NCBI RefSeq assembly: GCF_964188315.1 | Contig: NC_135667.1 | Location: 11,408,001-11,472,000, forward strand | Length of the DNA: 64,000 nt | DNA from: Podarcis muralis | Taxonomy: Eukaryota | Reading direction: 5' to 3' | Part shown: piece by piece, positions 49,855-62,200 of the stretch | How the letters are laid out: each line of letters begins with the position of its first letter | Position numbering within the stretch: the stretch's first letter is position 1 | Made by a program: the position numbers and the translations under genes | The notes under the pieces: model-generated | The model's database searches: none | The model's input: the letters and a program-made list of their open reading frames with translations, nothing else | Told to the model about the DNA's origin: nothing

Positions 49855-51403
49855 TGATGTGCAGGACACTGAATCAACCCTGGTCATGCTGGTCAATCAT
49901 CTCTGGTGGGCCTGGGACAGAGGCAAAAGCTGTTTCCTGTTCCTGCTAGATCTCTCAGCTGCTTTTGATACTGTCAACCATGCTATCCTCCTGGAGCATC
50001 TTGGAGTGCTGGGAGCTGGAAGCACTGTTATGCAGTGGTTCTACTCCTTCCTCCTGGGTCATGTCCAGAAAGTAGTAGTGGGGGATGAGTGTTTGGACCC
50101 CTGTGAACTCATTTGTGGGGTGCCTTAGGCTTCTGTCGTCTCTCCTATGCTTTCCAGATATATTTGAAACTGCTGGAAGAAATCATTGAAGGCTTGTGCT
50201 GGGTGTTCACCAAAATGTGTATGATACTCAGCTCCACCACCTAGCATTTAATTCATAACCCGTGAAGGCAGTGAACATCCTGTTAGGGTGTCTGAAGACA
50301 GTTAGGGGGTGGGTGGTGGCTAATGGATTGAGATTCAATCCCAACAAGACAGAAGTAGTGTTTCTGGGGGACAGGGGGCAGGTAGGTGTGGGGAATTCCT
50401 TAAGCCCTGTGGCCTTAAAGGACCAGGTGTGCAGCCTGGGAGCCATTTTGGACTCACAGATGTTTATGAAGGTCCAGGTCAATTCTGTGTCCAGGGCAGC
50501 TTTCTACCAGCTCTATCTGGTATTCCAGCTGAGACCCTACCTGCCTGTGCACTGTCTCGCCAGAGTGGAACATTCTCTGGTTATCTCCTGCTTGGAATAC
50601 TACAATGCACTTTATGTGGGGCTACCTTTGAAGTTGACTCAGAAACTAAAACTAATCCAAAACACAGCTGCCAGACTGTTGACTGGGAAGACTGTTTCCT
50701 AGTTCTGCTGGATCTCTCAGCGGCTTTTGATACCATTGACTATAACATCCTTCTGGACTGTCTAGAGGGGCTGGGAGCAGGGGGCACTGGTGGTTCTGCT
50801 CCTTTCTCCTGGGCCGTGTCCAGAAAGTGGTGGTGGTGGGTGAGTGTTCAGACCCCTGGGCTCTCACTTGTGGGTTGCCATAGGGTTCCGTTCTCTCCCT
50901 CATGCTTTTAAACATCTATATGAAGCCCCTGGGAGAGATCATCAGGGGGTTTGGGTTGGGTGTCACACAGCTGCTAGACTGGTGACTGTGAGTGGCTGCC
51001 AGGACCATATAACATGGGTCTGAAAGGAACTCCATTGGCTCCAGTATGATTCCAAGCAAAATGCAAGTGTTGATGCTGACCTTTATAGCCCTTAAGCGTC
51101 TTTGCTCCTGTATATCTGTAGGAGCATCCACACCCCAATCATCCAGCCCCGACACTGAATGCAAAAAGTGAGGTTACAGGGATCCAGGCAGAGGGCTTTC
51201 TTGATACCCACACCTGCCCTTTGGAAAACCCACCCATCAGATGTCTAGGAAATGAACAACAATCTGACTCTTAGAATACATTTGAAGGCAGCCCTGTATG
51301 GGGATGTTTATAAAACTTTTTTATAAACGTTTCATATCTTGTTCTGTTTTAATTTGTTGGAAACTTCCCATAGTGGCTGGGATACCGTAATTAGATGAGC
51401 GAC

Positions 51404-51460
<57 letters not shown>
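49855..51460 (+). mobile_element. L2 LINE fragments (at least two pieces) in gene D intron 3, with (AAT)n tail
   Basis: LDLSAAFDT RT motif twice, GVP(Q)GS, SxLxYx[10 protein letters not shown]. Confidence 0.85.
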
Positions 51461-51634
51461 TTTTATATTTTGGAATCCCTGCATTGCATTGAACACTGTA
51501 AAATGGCATCATTTTCCTTTGTAGTCAAACAGCATGGCTCTGTTTGCTCGAGTTACCATAGAAACCAGACATTCTCATTAGTGCACAATACTGAACACTT
51601 TGCAAGGTGAACACTTTATAAGAGGAAGCACTAC

Positions 51635-52522
51635 CTGCCAAGGCTCTACATTCTGAGAAGAGAGTCTGTCTCCACCCTTTATCCTTTTGCGGATGGCTTC
51701 AGAGGAGTACCTAATATGTAAGGTGTGTGCCAGAGCATAGACAGCATTATAGATACTGTAGCTGTGGCCGGTCATGCTCATTTCAAAAAATGGTGTAGGA
51801 AGGCTCTCCAGCATCTCCTCTCCAGTACATGTACCCATAATGAGTGCTAATGCAGTGGAATTTGAAAGTGAACAACTGAATGCTTGTTCCCAGAAATCCT
51901 TGATAAAACCATCTGCATCTGCCCAGGAAGGCTTTACACTCCTCAGAAAGTCTGAGAAGTCTTGAACATCCTTGGATTGAATTGCAAAGGAGATAGCACC
52001 ATGGAACATTTGTATATTAACCTCCCCATTTTTTTCAAAACGGTCTAATATGAAATCAATTTGGGCGGTTGTAATCCATACTTTTCTTTCAGATTGCTTC
52101 CTCTTAGATGGAGGCAACATCAGCTGAAATATATTTCTTATCCCTATAGAAGATAACAGCCATAAAATAGATGTACTTTCTCCATATATAACAACCGTAT
52201 TTGCTCTGCTTCTCAGAAAAGCAGTGGACAAAATCCTTGTGTTACCCAAATCAAATATGTTACCAGTAAAATGCAGGTGGTATTCAAATTTTTCTGTGAA
52301 TTCTGAACAGATTCCATTCTTTAAAAGCATTGGTTCAATGATCTGTAAGAAATGCTCTCCAGCTTCATTATCTGGAGTGATGAGCCCGACCCATTTCCAC
52401 CCAAAATGCAGAAGTAACTGGATAATTCCCTTGTACTGAAGATCTTCACTGGGGACCATGCGATAAAAGGAAGCAACTTTGATTTGATCATTTGTGGCTG
52501 GTTCAAATGAACCATATGAAAT
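51635..52522 (-). CDS. V2R-D exon 3
   Basis: 888 bp open frame. Confidence 0.85.
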
Positions 52523-53136
52523 CTGAAAAAATAAAAAAGCCAAATCTTTCCAAGTGGAATCAAGAATTCACAACGCACCCATTTATGCTTTCAGGAATGA
52601 TGTAATGTGAACCCATTAAGGTGCCCCATTTATAATATTGGAACATTTCAAACAATCTTCCATTAAATATAATATACACACATTAATATACACACATATT
52701 AAAATAAATTATCAAACCTTCAATTCTAGCATGTGTTGGGTCACCTAAATTAAATAATTGGGTATTTGATTGATTGATATTGGAACTGATATTATGATTT
52801 GGTATTGATACAATGAGGCGTATATTGGAATTTTGTAACTGAAAACTGCTAAAATTATTTTTTAAAATAATAATAATAATGTGCCCCATTTATCAAAATG
52901 AAACTTTTTGAACAATCCTCCATTAACAATATGATATAAATTGTCTTTAGACCTTATGTCCTTTTATGTAAATTGTTGGGTACTAATATTATACCCCCCA
53001 AATATATCCATATACTGCAACCCATTTCCCTTTTTCATTTTGCCACTTCATATTTACGCATCAACAGATTCCTAGTGGGAGGAGAAAAGAGTGAACTACG
53101 GCATGAAAAAGCCATTTTTCAATACCTATATTCTAC

Positions 53137-53428
53137 CTGTGGAATCTTGTAAAGACCTAAGACATCTGCCATGGATGAGGAGGTGTCAGAGCTAAGTCCC
53201 CCAATGACTCCTCCTACGTTTTTCTGAATGCCACACATGTAGTTGGGGACAAAGTGATGTGATTTAAAGAGCAGATCCAGAGTGTTTCGGTAGGCCATCT
53301 TTAAATCAAAATAGCTATCATAGATGTGGAATCCAAGAGTGACGTTGGGCAAGATCTTGGGATTCTCATTGATCTCATCAACAGCAAACACCAAGGCCAG
53401 GATGTGTTGGTAGAACTTTCTCATAACC
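53137..53428 (-). CDS. V2R-D exon 2
   Basis: 292 bp, [10 protein letters not shown]...YKIPQ. Confidence 0.85.
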
Positions 53429-54548
53429 CTGCAAAGAAAGTGCCTTTCCATTTTATAGGGAATTAAACAGTGCACGACACTTAGATCTGAGGGATACAAC
53501 TGCCTCAATTAAATCATGTTGGAAATATGGAAATGGTTTTGTTCCTTTAGAGTTAATGTTTGAATCTCTCTTCCACCCGAATCAATTTTTTTATTTGTCT
53601 GAACATGAAGATTGAGAAGTGATCTTCACTTAATAACATTCTGTTTTTCTAACCATGTTGCTTTTTATTACTAGTAACATGTACAGTTATTGAAATCATT
53701 ACAGCGCCACTTCATCGGTTGTTGTCCCTAGCAACACAAACTGGTATGAAATGAAGATAATGGAATTGGCAGCTGCCATTTTGAGTATGAAGAATGCCGA
53801 TTGACTAAATGGCTCTCATCCTATTATTGTTATGTGCACTTGAAGCTTGTCCCTGATTGTTTTCAATGTGCTTTAGACATGACTTCAGTTATATATAAGC
53901 CTTCACCAAAGCAGCACAAGCTGGGTTTCATAGGTCTCAGTTATCCCTTTGCATACTCATGAAAGTAAATAGGAGGGCCAGAAGTGTTAGCTGTAGGATC
54001 CGTATGTGCCCAGGTAGCACAAATAGTGGGAGAAAATGTTACTGTTCGAAGCATCATGGAAATAGCTCCTAGATAATAGTTGGCCAAGAAAAGAAAAATT
54101 GGACCCCATATCTCCATAATGAAAGCCTGCCATGCTAAATTACTGTGGGCAGGAGGATCATGGCTAGAGAGCAAGTGCTGGTGACCTGAAACTGAATGAG
54201 CTCAAACATGGCTGAGGTTTCATTTCTGCACCTGGAAAGTGGAAGGGAAAGGGCTGTGGTGAAGACAGCTTACTTCTTCACCACAATTGTGTACACAACT
54301 AGCTGCATGGAAGAGCTTTTCAATGTTGAATACAGGTTTGTTATCTGGCCAAGAACACATTTCTCTTATAACATTAGCAGCCTGCTATTATAACTTTAGA
54401 AACTTTTTAGGGATGTAATCAATCAGATTTGAAGTTGCATGCCATGATTGAAGCAAGTCAAATGGTATGCAGTGCACTCTCTGTTCCATCTTTGCCAGAT
54501 CAGTTTAAATTATTGTGGCCTGAGGATGTAGTGAATGGGATTGGAGAA

Positions 54549-54869
54549 CACAATTCAAAGTGTTGGTGCTGACCTTTAAAGCCCTAAACGGCCTTGGTCC
54601 AGTATATCTGAAGGAGCATCTCCTCCCCCATCGTTCTGAGGTCCAGCTCCGAGGGCCTTCTGGCGGTTCCCTCACTGCGAGAGGCCAAATTACAGGGAAC
54701 CAGGCAGAGGGCCTTCTCGGTAGTGGCGCCCGCCCTGTGGAACGCCCTCCCATCAGATGTCAAAGCGATAAACATCTACCTGACATTCAGAAGACATCTG
54801 AAGGCAGCCCTGTTCAGAGAAGTTTTTAATATGTGACATTTTAGTGTATCTTTCATCATTGTTGGAAGC
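54549..54869 (+). mobile_element. L2 3' fragment at the gene D exon-1 deletion junction
   Basis: Same family as 38412-38840, truncated at GTTGGAAGC. Confidence 0.8.
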
Positions 54870-55384
54870 ATATAGCAAAGACAAAGTATCTTGCATCCAA
54901 TGTACTGCAATTCATGGCTGTCTCACCTGAATTTGATAAACGCCCAGATCACCCAAAATAGGCTCAATTTGGCTTGGGGTCATGGTCAAATCTGGTGCAC
55001 AGCCCTGCTGGATAGACTAAAGGACTCAGTAAAAGGCAGCTTCTCAAGTTCTTGCATTCCTTTTCTCTTTGTACCCCATCATCTCCACAGGAGAGGTTCA
55101 GGGATTCTTGGGAAGATAGGTGGCATCCCTTTGGATGCAGGAGAAGATGAGTAAGGGGGCATGTAGGCATTCAAGTGGTTGGATATCATCCATTATTTCT
55201 TTCATACACATAAGCCCAGTTCATTTAAACCTCATGCTGGATATCAAGAACATAAATGATAAGACAATCTCTTTTGTTATTTTGATCATTTCAGGTAACT
55301 TCCTTTCTTGAAAAACCACAGGGAAATTACCATGCTAACAATTCTACAGATTCTAAATACAGAAATGACAGACTCTACTGTTAT

Positions 55385-56286
55385 TTACATCTTTCTCCGT
55401 ATCAGCTGCTCTCTGTTATTCAGCTCAGGCCTCACCACAATAATGTAGCATTTAGGGGAAAAGATGCAACCCAGCAGCCCAGCACTGGAAGCCAAGATGG
55501 AGAAGATCTCCACAGCCACCATGTATTTTCCTCTGGTGCTCAAATATGTAGGAAGAAAGGAGAACCAAACACTGCAGAAGACCAGCATGCTGAAGGTGAT
55601 GAACTTGGCTTCATTGAAGCTGTCCGGCAACTTCCGGGCTAAGAAGGCCACAGTGAAGCTGATAATGGCCAGGAAGCCCATGTAGCCTAAAATGCAATAG
55701 AACATGAGAACTGACCCTTCATTACATAAGAATATAATTTCTTCACTGCTTGAGTGCATGTCCACATCTGGGAATGGGGCAGAGGTTGCCAGCCAGAAGG
55801 CACAGATTCCTACTTGAATCACAGAGCAGGAAAGGACAATGGAATAAGCCAGTTTTCTGCCTACCCACTTCCTGATTGTGGAATCTGGCTTGGTAGCCAT
55901 GAATGCCAAAACCACTGAAATAGTCTTGGCCAAGATGCTAGAGAGGGCCACAGAGAAGACAATGCCAAAAGTTGTTTGTCGGAGTGGGCAGGTTGCCTTA
56001 TTAGGCATTCCAATGAACATCAAGGAGCAAAGGAAACACAAGAGGAGGGAGATGAGGAGAATGTAAGTGAGGCTTCTGTTATTGGCTTTGACGATGGCAG
56101 TGTCCCGGTGCTTAATGAAAATGCCAAGTACCATAGCTGTGATCAGAGAGAATAAAAGCACAGAGAAAGTTGAAACCATGGCCAAAGTTTCACCAAAGCC
56201 TAGCACGTTAGGTTTCTTGGGAATGCACTGATCCTGCTCTTCATTTGGATATTGATCCGGAGGACATCTGGTACAGGTTTCCAATC
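55385..56286 (-). CDS. V2R-E exon 6 (7TM)
   Basis: 902 bp; the longer 360-aa ORF call runs on into intron 5. Confidence 0.95.
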
Positions 56287-59200
56287 CTGAAAAAGGTGAT
56301 ATAACCATTGGAAACAACCCAAATATGCTTATGAGGTCTTTTGTGTTTTTGTTTACACAAGTCCCCTTATGATAGTTTTTCAAAACTTTTTGCCCAAATG
56401 CTTGTGCCCTTGATGCTTTGAAGATAAGGTCCCCAAAGAGCTTTCTTCTTAGAGAAAAAACTACCACTTCTGTTGCATCCTCCCTCCCCCAAAACTATAG
56501 TTTCTTCCATGTAAAATTTTTATGTCTTGTTGCTTCAAAACAGAGCGGGCGGACATACACTCATGGTTTAGATTGTTAAAATGTTTTATTAAGATGTGGC
56601 AGTACAGCAGTGAGACACTGGCAAGAGGAAACTGTATGGATACAGTGTTAGAAAATCTTTACATTACAGATCAAGCTCACATCCTCATGGCATACTCCCT
56701 AGAAGGTTAAGATAATTTCTTCATAGTGGCAGCTTTTACTGAGACTGAAGTGAAATCATTCTACTATTGTTAATAAACAATATAAATTGGTATCAGACAG
56801 AGCAAACCCCACTTCCGATTTGATCAGAATATGTTAAAATAACTTGTATATGCTAATATGACATCTCTCACCCTTTTCATCTGAGAACATCCCATGAGGA
56901 CATGGATCACAATCATAACAACAAAACTTCTCCCCCTCCTTCTTTTTCTTCTCATAACCAGGAAGGCAGTTGGCATTACATAAGGAAAGGGGTGGCACCT
57001 ATCCAAAGCGACACGAAGAGGTTAATATTAAGAAAATGTTTTAGGGGATTCATCTAACATCTGGTGATCTACCATTAAGTAGGTGGGCCAGAAATGTTAA
57101 TGTGCCAAAGCAGCACATATAGTGCGATAAAAAGCTACAGTTCTAAGCATCATACAAACACAAGAAGATTACAATTTTTCATATCTAGATTGATTAATGC
57201 TGCAACCATCACATAATTCAATCTAATACTACTATTGGTTATTTGTTTTGATGGAAGTGCAACCTCATGCCCTTTGCTTTAGGAAATTCACTTCATGTCC
57301 CTTTAGTGAGGTTCAAGGTGTTGGGATTTGGAAGTAGTGAAATATTGTGGTTCTGCTCATATTTGGACGGTCCCTACCACTTATACCATTGGAATAAAGT
57401 GAAGATGAAGTGAAGATGGTGGGCAGATGTATTGGGGTTGTGATGGACTGGCTTTATAAAACCAGCTTTATAAAAAGACAGGGGACTACAATACAATGTG
57501 TACATATAATAAGTTGGAACTTTTTGTTCTCTACAAAATCAATTTATAAAGTCTGGTGTCATTTTTCAAAAAGAAATATTTCCAACATTTCCCCCAATGA
57601 TTCTCAATACATGAAAAAATAACCTCTTCATCCTTCATATACAAGGAAATGGGCATGGTATTTAGCAAATATTGGTTTAACAATTCTGAAAGCAAAATGG
57701 ATGTGGGCATTAAAATATTCCAAAAATGTTTATCTATGTGAACCTGAAAGAGGACTATCTTAAGTCAATATTCCAATGGCACTTTACTTTATAAAGAATT
57801 TATTTATGTATTTATTTTGAGAAAACATGCATTGTTCAAGGCATAACGGAATTAAGGCAGATCTAATAAATAATAAATAATAAATAATAAAGCGCGGGTG
57901 GCACTGTGGGTAAAACCTCAGTGCCTCGGACTTGCCGATTGCATGGTCGGCGGTTCGAATCCCCGCGGCGGGGTGCGCTTCCGTCGTTCGGTCCCAGCGC
58001 CTGCAAACCTAGCAGTTCGAAAGCACCCCCGGGGTGGAAGTAGATAAATAGGGACCGCTTACCAGCGGGAAGGTAAACGGCGTTCCGTGTGCTGCGCTGG
58101 CTCGCCAGATGCAGCTTGTCACGCTGGCCACGTGACCCGGAAGTGTCTGCGGACAGTGCTGGCTCCTGGCCTATAGAGTGAGATGAACGCACAAACCTAG
58201 AGTCTGGCAAGACTGGCCCGTACGGGCAGGGGTACCTTTACCTTTACTTTAATAAATATCTTTTAAAATAATAATTCCTTTCTGGACCAAAGTACTGAAG
58301 ATTTCTCCTTCATAAGTCAGCTGTGGTTGAGCTTTTCACAGTGCTGATTTTCTTTACCAATATATATCCTGAAAGCAAGAGCGATCATACTGCCATCAGT
58401 ATAACTGAGATCTGCTTGTGAGGATATTGATGCCTTCAATGCAGTGGTGTACCTAGGCTCCCTTGTGCCTTCAATGCAGTGGTGTACCTAGGCTCCCTCA
58501 GTGCCTCCAAAGTCGGGAGGGACCATGGAAAAGAAACTCAAAAAGTTTGCTTTTTGTCACCTTTTGTGCTTCTTTGGTCACTTTCTCCTTGGCCATCGGT
58601 TCTGCCTCCTGCCCTCCTTGGTCGGTCTGTCTGCCTTCTTTCCTGCATCCCCCTTCCCTCCCTCCCTCCCTTCCTTCCTTCCTTCCTTCCTTCCTTCCTT
58701 CCTTCCTTCCTTCCTCTTTCCCTCTCTTTTCTTCCCTCCAAGCCCTGCTTGGCACTCCGCTCACACTTATAATAGTGCCACTGACCAACTGGGGATGATG
58801 GCCAACGCCTGCAGCTGGATTTCTCCACCAAGGCACAGAGAAGATCCTGCATGCCTTGCCCAGCAGCCCATGGGGTACATGGATGGGCAGCTGGGCTCCA
58901 AGACACTCTGAGCAAGGCATTTTGTGGTCTTCTCCTGGGCCTGGGCCCGTGGCAGAAGCCAATCAAACACCTTCATACACCTCTGCTTCTATGATTCCAA
59001 CTCAACACTCAAATTCATGAAGTCTTTTGTGCATAATGCTATTTTTTATGAATGTGGTTCATTTGTTTACTTATTAATAAAATTATTAGTAGCATTATTA
59101 GTAGTGGCAGCAGCAGTTGGGCAGCATTTCTCTTTTCACCTCAAGTGGCAAAACTAGAAGCTCTCGCACCTGTGTACAGTGATTTCCTTACCTGAGTGAA

Positions 59201-62200
59201 GACTCTGTGCCATTGGATTTTGTCCCCATTAATGGTGAGCTCTTTGCCAGGAGGAGCCTGCGGATCCAGCCTTCCAACTTTGACCCTGACATATGAATTA
59301 TTTGGGAAAGTGACCAGGTTTGTAATATCAAAGCCAGCTGCTAATTCTCCATGTTCATTTAATGTGATTTCATCCCCAGCACTGTTGTTGAATGAGATTC
59401 TCTGCAGCAATGAGTGGAGCTAGGTGGAAAGAGAGTCAGAAGACATCCTGTTTGGGTGTGAACATCCTGTTTGGGTGTCTGAAGGCAGTTAGGGGGTGGA
59501 TGGTCGCTAATGGATTGAGATTCAATCCCACCAAGATGGAAGTAGTTTTTCAGGGGACAGGGGGCAGGGGGCAGGGGGCAGGTAGGTGTGGGGGGGATTC
59601 CCTAGCCCTGAATGGTGTAATTGTGGCCTTAAAGGACCAGGTGTGCAGCCTGGGAGCCATTTTGGACACACAGATGTTTATGAAGGTGCAAGTCAATTCT
59701 GTGTCCAGGGCAGCTGTCTACCAGCTCTGTCTGGTATTCCAGCTGAGACCCTACCTGCCTGTGCTCTGTCGCCCCAGAATGGAAAATGCTCTGGTTATCT
59801 CCTGCTTGGATTATTGCAGTGCGCTTTATGTTGGGCTACCTTTGACATTGACTCAGAAACTAAAACTAATCCAAAACACAGCTGCCAGGCTGGTGACTGT
59901 GAGTGGCTGCCAGGAACATATAACACTGGTCTTAAAGGAACTCCATTGGCTCCCATTATATTTCCAAGTAAAATGCAAAGGGTTGATGCTGACCTTTATA
60001 GCCCTTAGTGTCTGCTCCTATATACCTGAAGGAGCATCCGCACCCCAATCATTCAACCCAGATGCTAAATGGAGAAAGCACGGAGCCACCTGCCCTGCTG
60101 AATGCCCTCCCATCAGATGTCTAGGAAATGAACAACAACCTGACTTTTAGAAAACATCTGAAGGGAGCCCTGTATAGGGAAGTTTTAAATGTTTCATGTC
60201 TTGTGTTTTAATTTGACAGAGACTTCCCAGAGTGGCTATGGTGCCCCAATCAGATGAGCAGCTGTAGTCAAACAGCCTGGCACTGGCACCGGCACCATCA
60301 CTGCATGGCCCTGGGTTTCCAGGCACCCACAAAATTTTTAATGATGGGGCCAGGAGCCCTCAATATTCTGCAGCTCCATCACTACCTCCTGCTGCAGCAG
60401 TGGGTGATGGAGCCCCTTACAGACCCTTTGGGAGAAGCCTTAGAGATCCCTCTAAAAGGCCCGGATAGGCCTGCCCGGGCGCCTCCAAATCTGTGACATC
60501 ACATGTAGCACATGACATCACACATGCGCACCAGACCCCCACAATGTGGGTTGAAACATAGTGTACCTGGCTAGAACGGTCATTTCAGGCAGCTTGAGAT
60601 ACACTCTCAAGTGGCTGAGGCATCCCAGCCAGAGGAGTTGTGCATATAAATAATAATAATAAAATATCAAACATTAAATACTTCCCAATGCAGGGCTGCC
60701 TTCAGATGTCTTCTAAAAGTTTTGTAGTTCTTTATCTCCTTGACATCTGAAGCGAGGGCGTTCCACAGGGAGGGCGTCACTACAAAGAAGGCCCTCTGTC
60801 TGGTTCCTGGTATATATTTCATTATAGTACAATGAAGAAATTATGACATTTCTAGCAGCATGTGTATGTGTGTCATAATTTCTACATTATACTATACTTT
60901 AATGAAATTAAATTTGTCTCCCCTCCAACTAAATCTTGGTCATTTTTGCATGGTAAAATCACCAATTTTATGGTCTATTTTCCAGTATACTTAAAATCCT
61001 TTGCTTATTCTGGGCTACCCCACATATTCTTCAAAACATTGCTTTGCACAGGTAACTACCATAGAGTTATCAAATTTTTGAGAAGCAAATTAGGAACCAC
61101 TGGTCTAATTAAATACCAGTAGAAATACTGGAATGGGACACGGGTGGCGCTGTGGGTTAAAGCCTCAGCACCTAGGACTTGCCGATTGAAAGGTTGGCGG
61201 TTCGAATCCCCGCGGCTGGGTGCGCTCCCGTCGCTCGGTCCCAGCGCCTACCAACCTAGCAGTTCGAAAGCACCCTCAGGTGCAAGTAGATAAATAGGGA
61301 CCGCTTACTAGCGGGAAGGTAAACGGCGTTTCCGTGTGCTGCGCTGGCTCGCCAGATGCAGCTTGTCACGCTGGCCACGTGACCCGGAAGTGTCTCCGGA
61401 CAGCACTGGCTCCTGGCTTATAGAGTGAGATGAGCGCACAACCCTAGAGTCTGGCAAGACTGGCCCGTACGGGCAGGGGTACCTTTAGAAATACTGGAAC
61501 AGTGCCAGTTGTAGAAAAATTATTAGCTTGTCAAGTAGTTGCTGCTTGTGTGTCACTTATGAAAGTCTGTATAATCTAAAGTCTGCTTAGTATAATTATA
61601 GGAAATGAAATAATTTAAAGTTAATCTTTGAAGTATTTATTACTTTAGTTATTTACTTATAGATGAATGCCAACTCACATTATATTATCAACACAGTGCA
61701 GAACACTGAACACTTTGCAAGGTGAACACTTTATAAGAGGAAACATTACCTGCCAAGGCTCTACATTCTGAGAAGAGAGTCTGTCTCCACCTTTTGTCCT
61801 TTTGTGGATTGCTTCAGAGGAGTACCTAATATGTAAGGCATGTGCCAAAGCATAGACAGCATTATAGATACTGTAGCTGTGGCCGGTCATGCTCATTTCA
61901 AAAAATGGTGCAGGAAGGCTCTCCAGCAACTCCTCTCCAGTACATGTGTCTTCTGACGCTGTGGAATTTGAAAGTGAACAACTGAATGCTTGTCCCCAGA
62001 AATCGTTGATAAAACCATCTGCATCTGCCCAGGAAGGCTTTACATTCCTCAGAAAGTCTGAGAAGTCTTGAATCTCATTGGAGTGAATCGCAGACGAGAT
62101 AGCACCATGGAACATTTGTACATTAATTTCAATAATTTTTTTAAAAGCATATAATATGAAATCAATTTGGGCTGTTGTAATCCATACTTTTCCTCCAGGT

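Larger units (their letters stand above)
43746..53428 (-). pseudogene. V2R gene D: exons 2-6 intact, exon 1 and promoter absent (5'-truncated; function uncertain)
   Basis: Exons 53137-53428 (292), 51635-52522 (888), 49334-49561 (228), 45270-45396 (127), 43746-44647 (902) are all open with canonical splice sites. No poly-Leu exon 1 lies between 53428 and the gene E stop at 55385. Confidence 0.75.

Noticed and set aside
53700-53960. Possible alternative exon 1 for gene D
   Set aside because: Hand translation of two minus-strand frames hit early stops and showed no hydrophobic signal peptide; the left part is homologous to ordinary intron 1 of A and C.
56287-56467. N-terminal extension of the 360-aa ORF call for E exon 6
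   Set aside because: Lies upstream of the conserved TTTTCAG acceptor in intron 5; not open in the paralogs.
59392-60150. 252-aa ORF that could look like a host gene
   Set aside because: Decayed L2 ORF2 C-terminal region.
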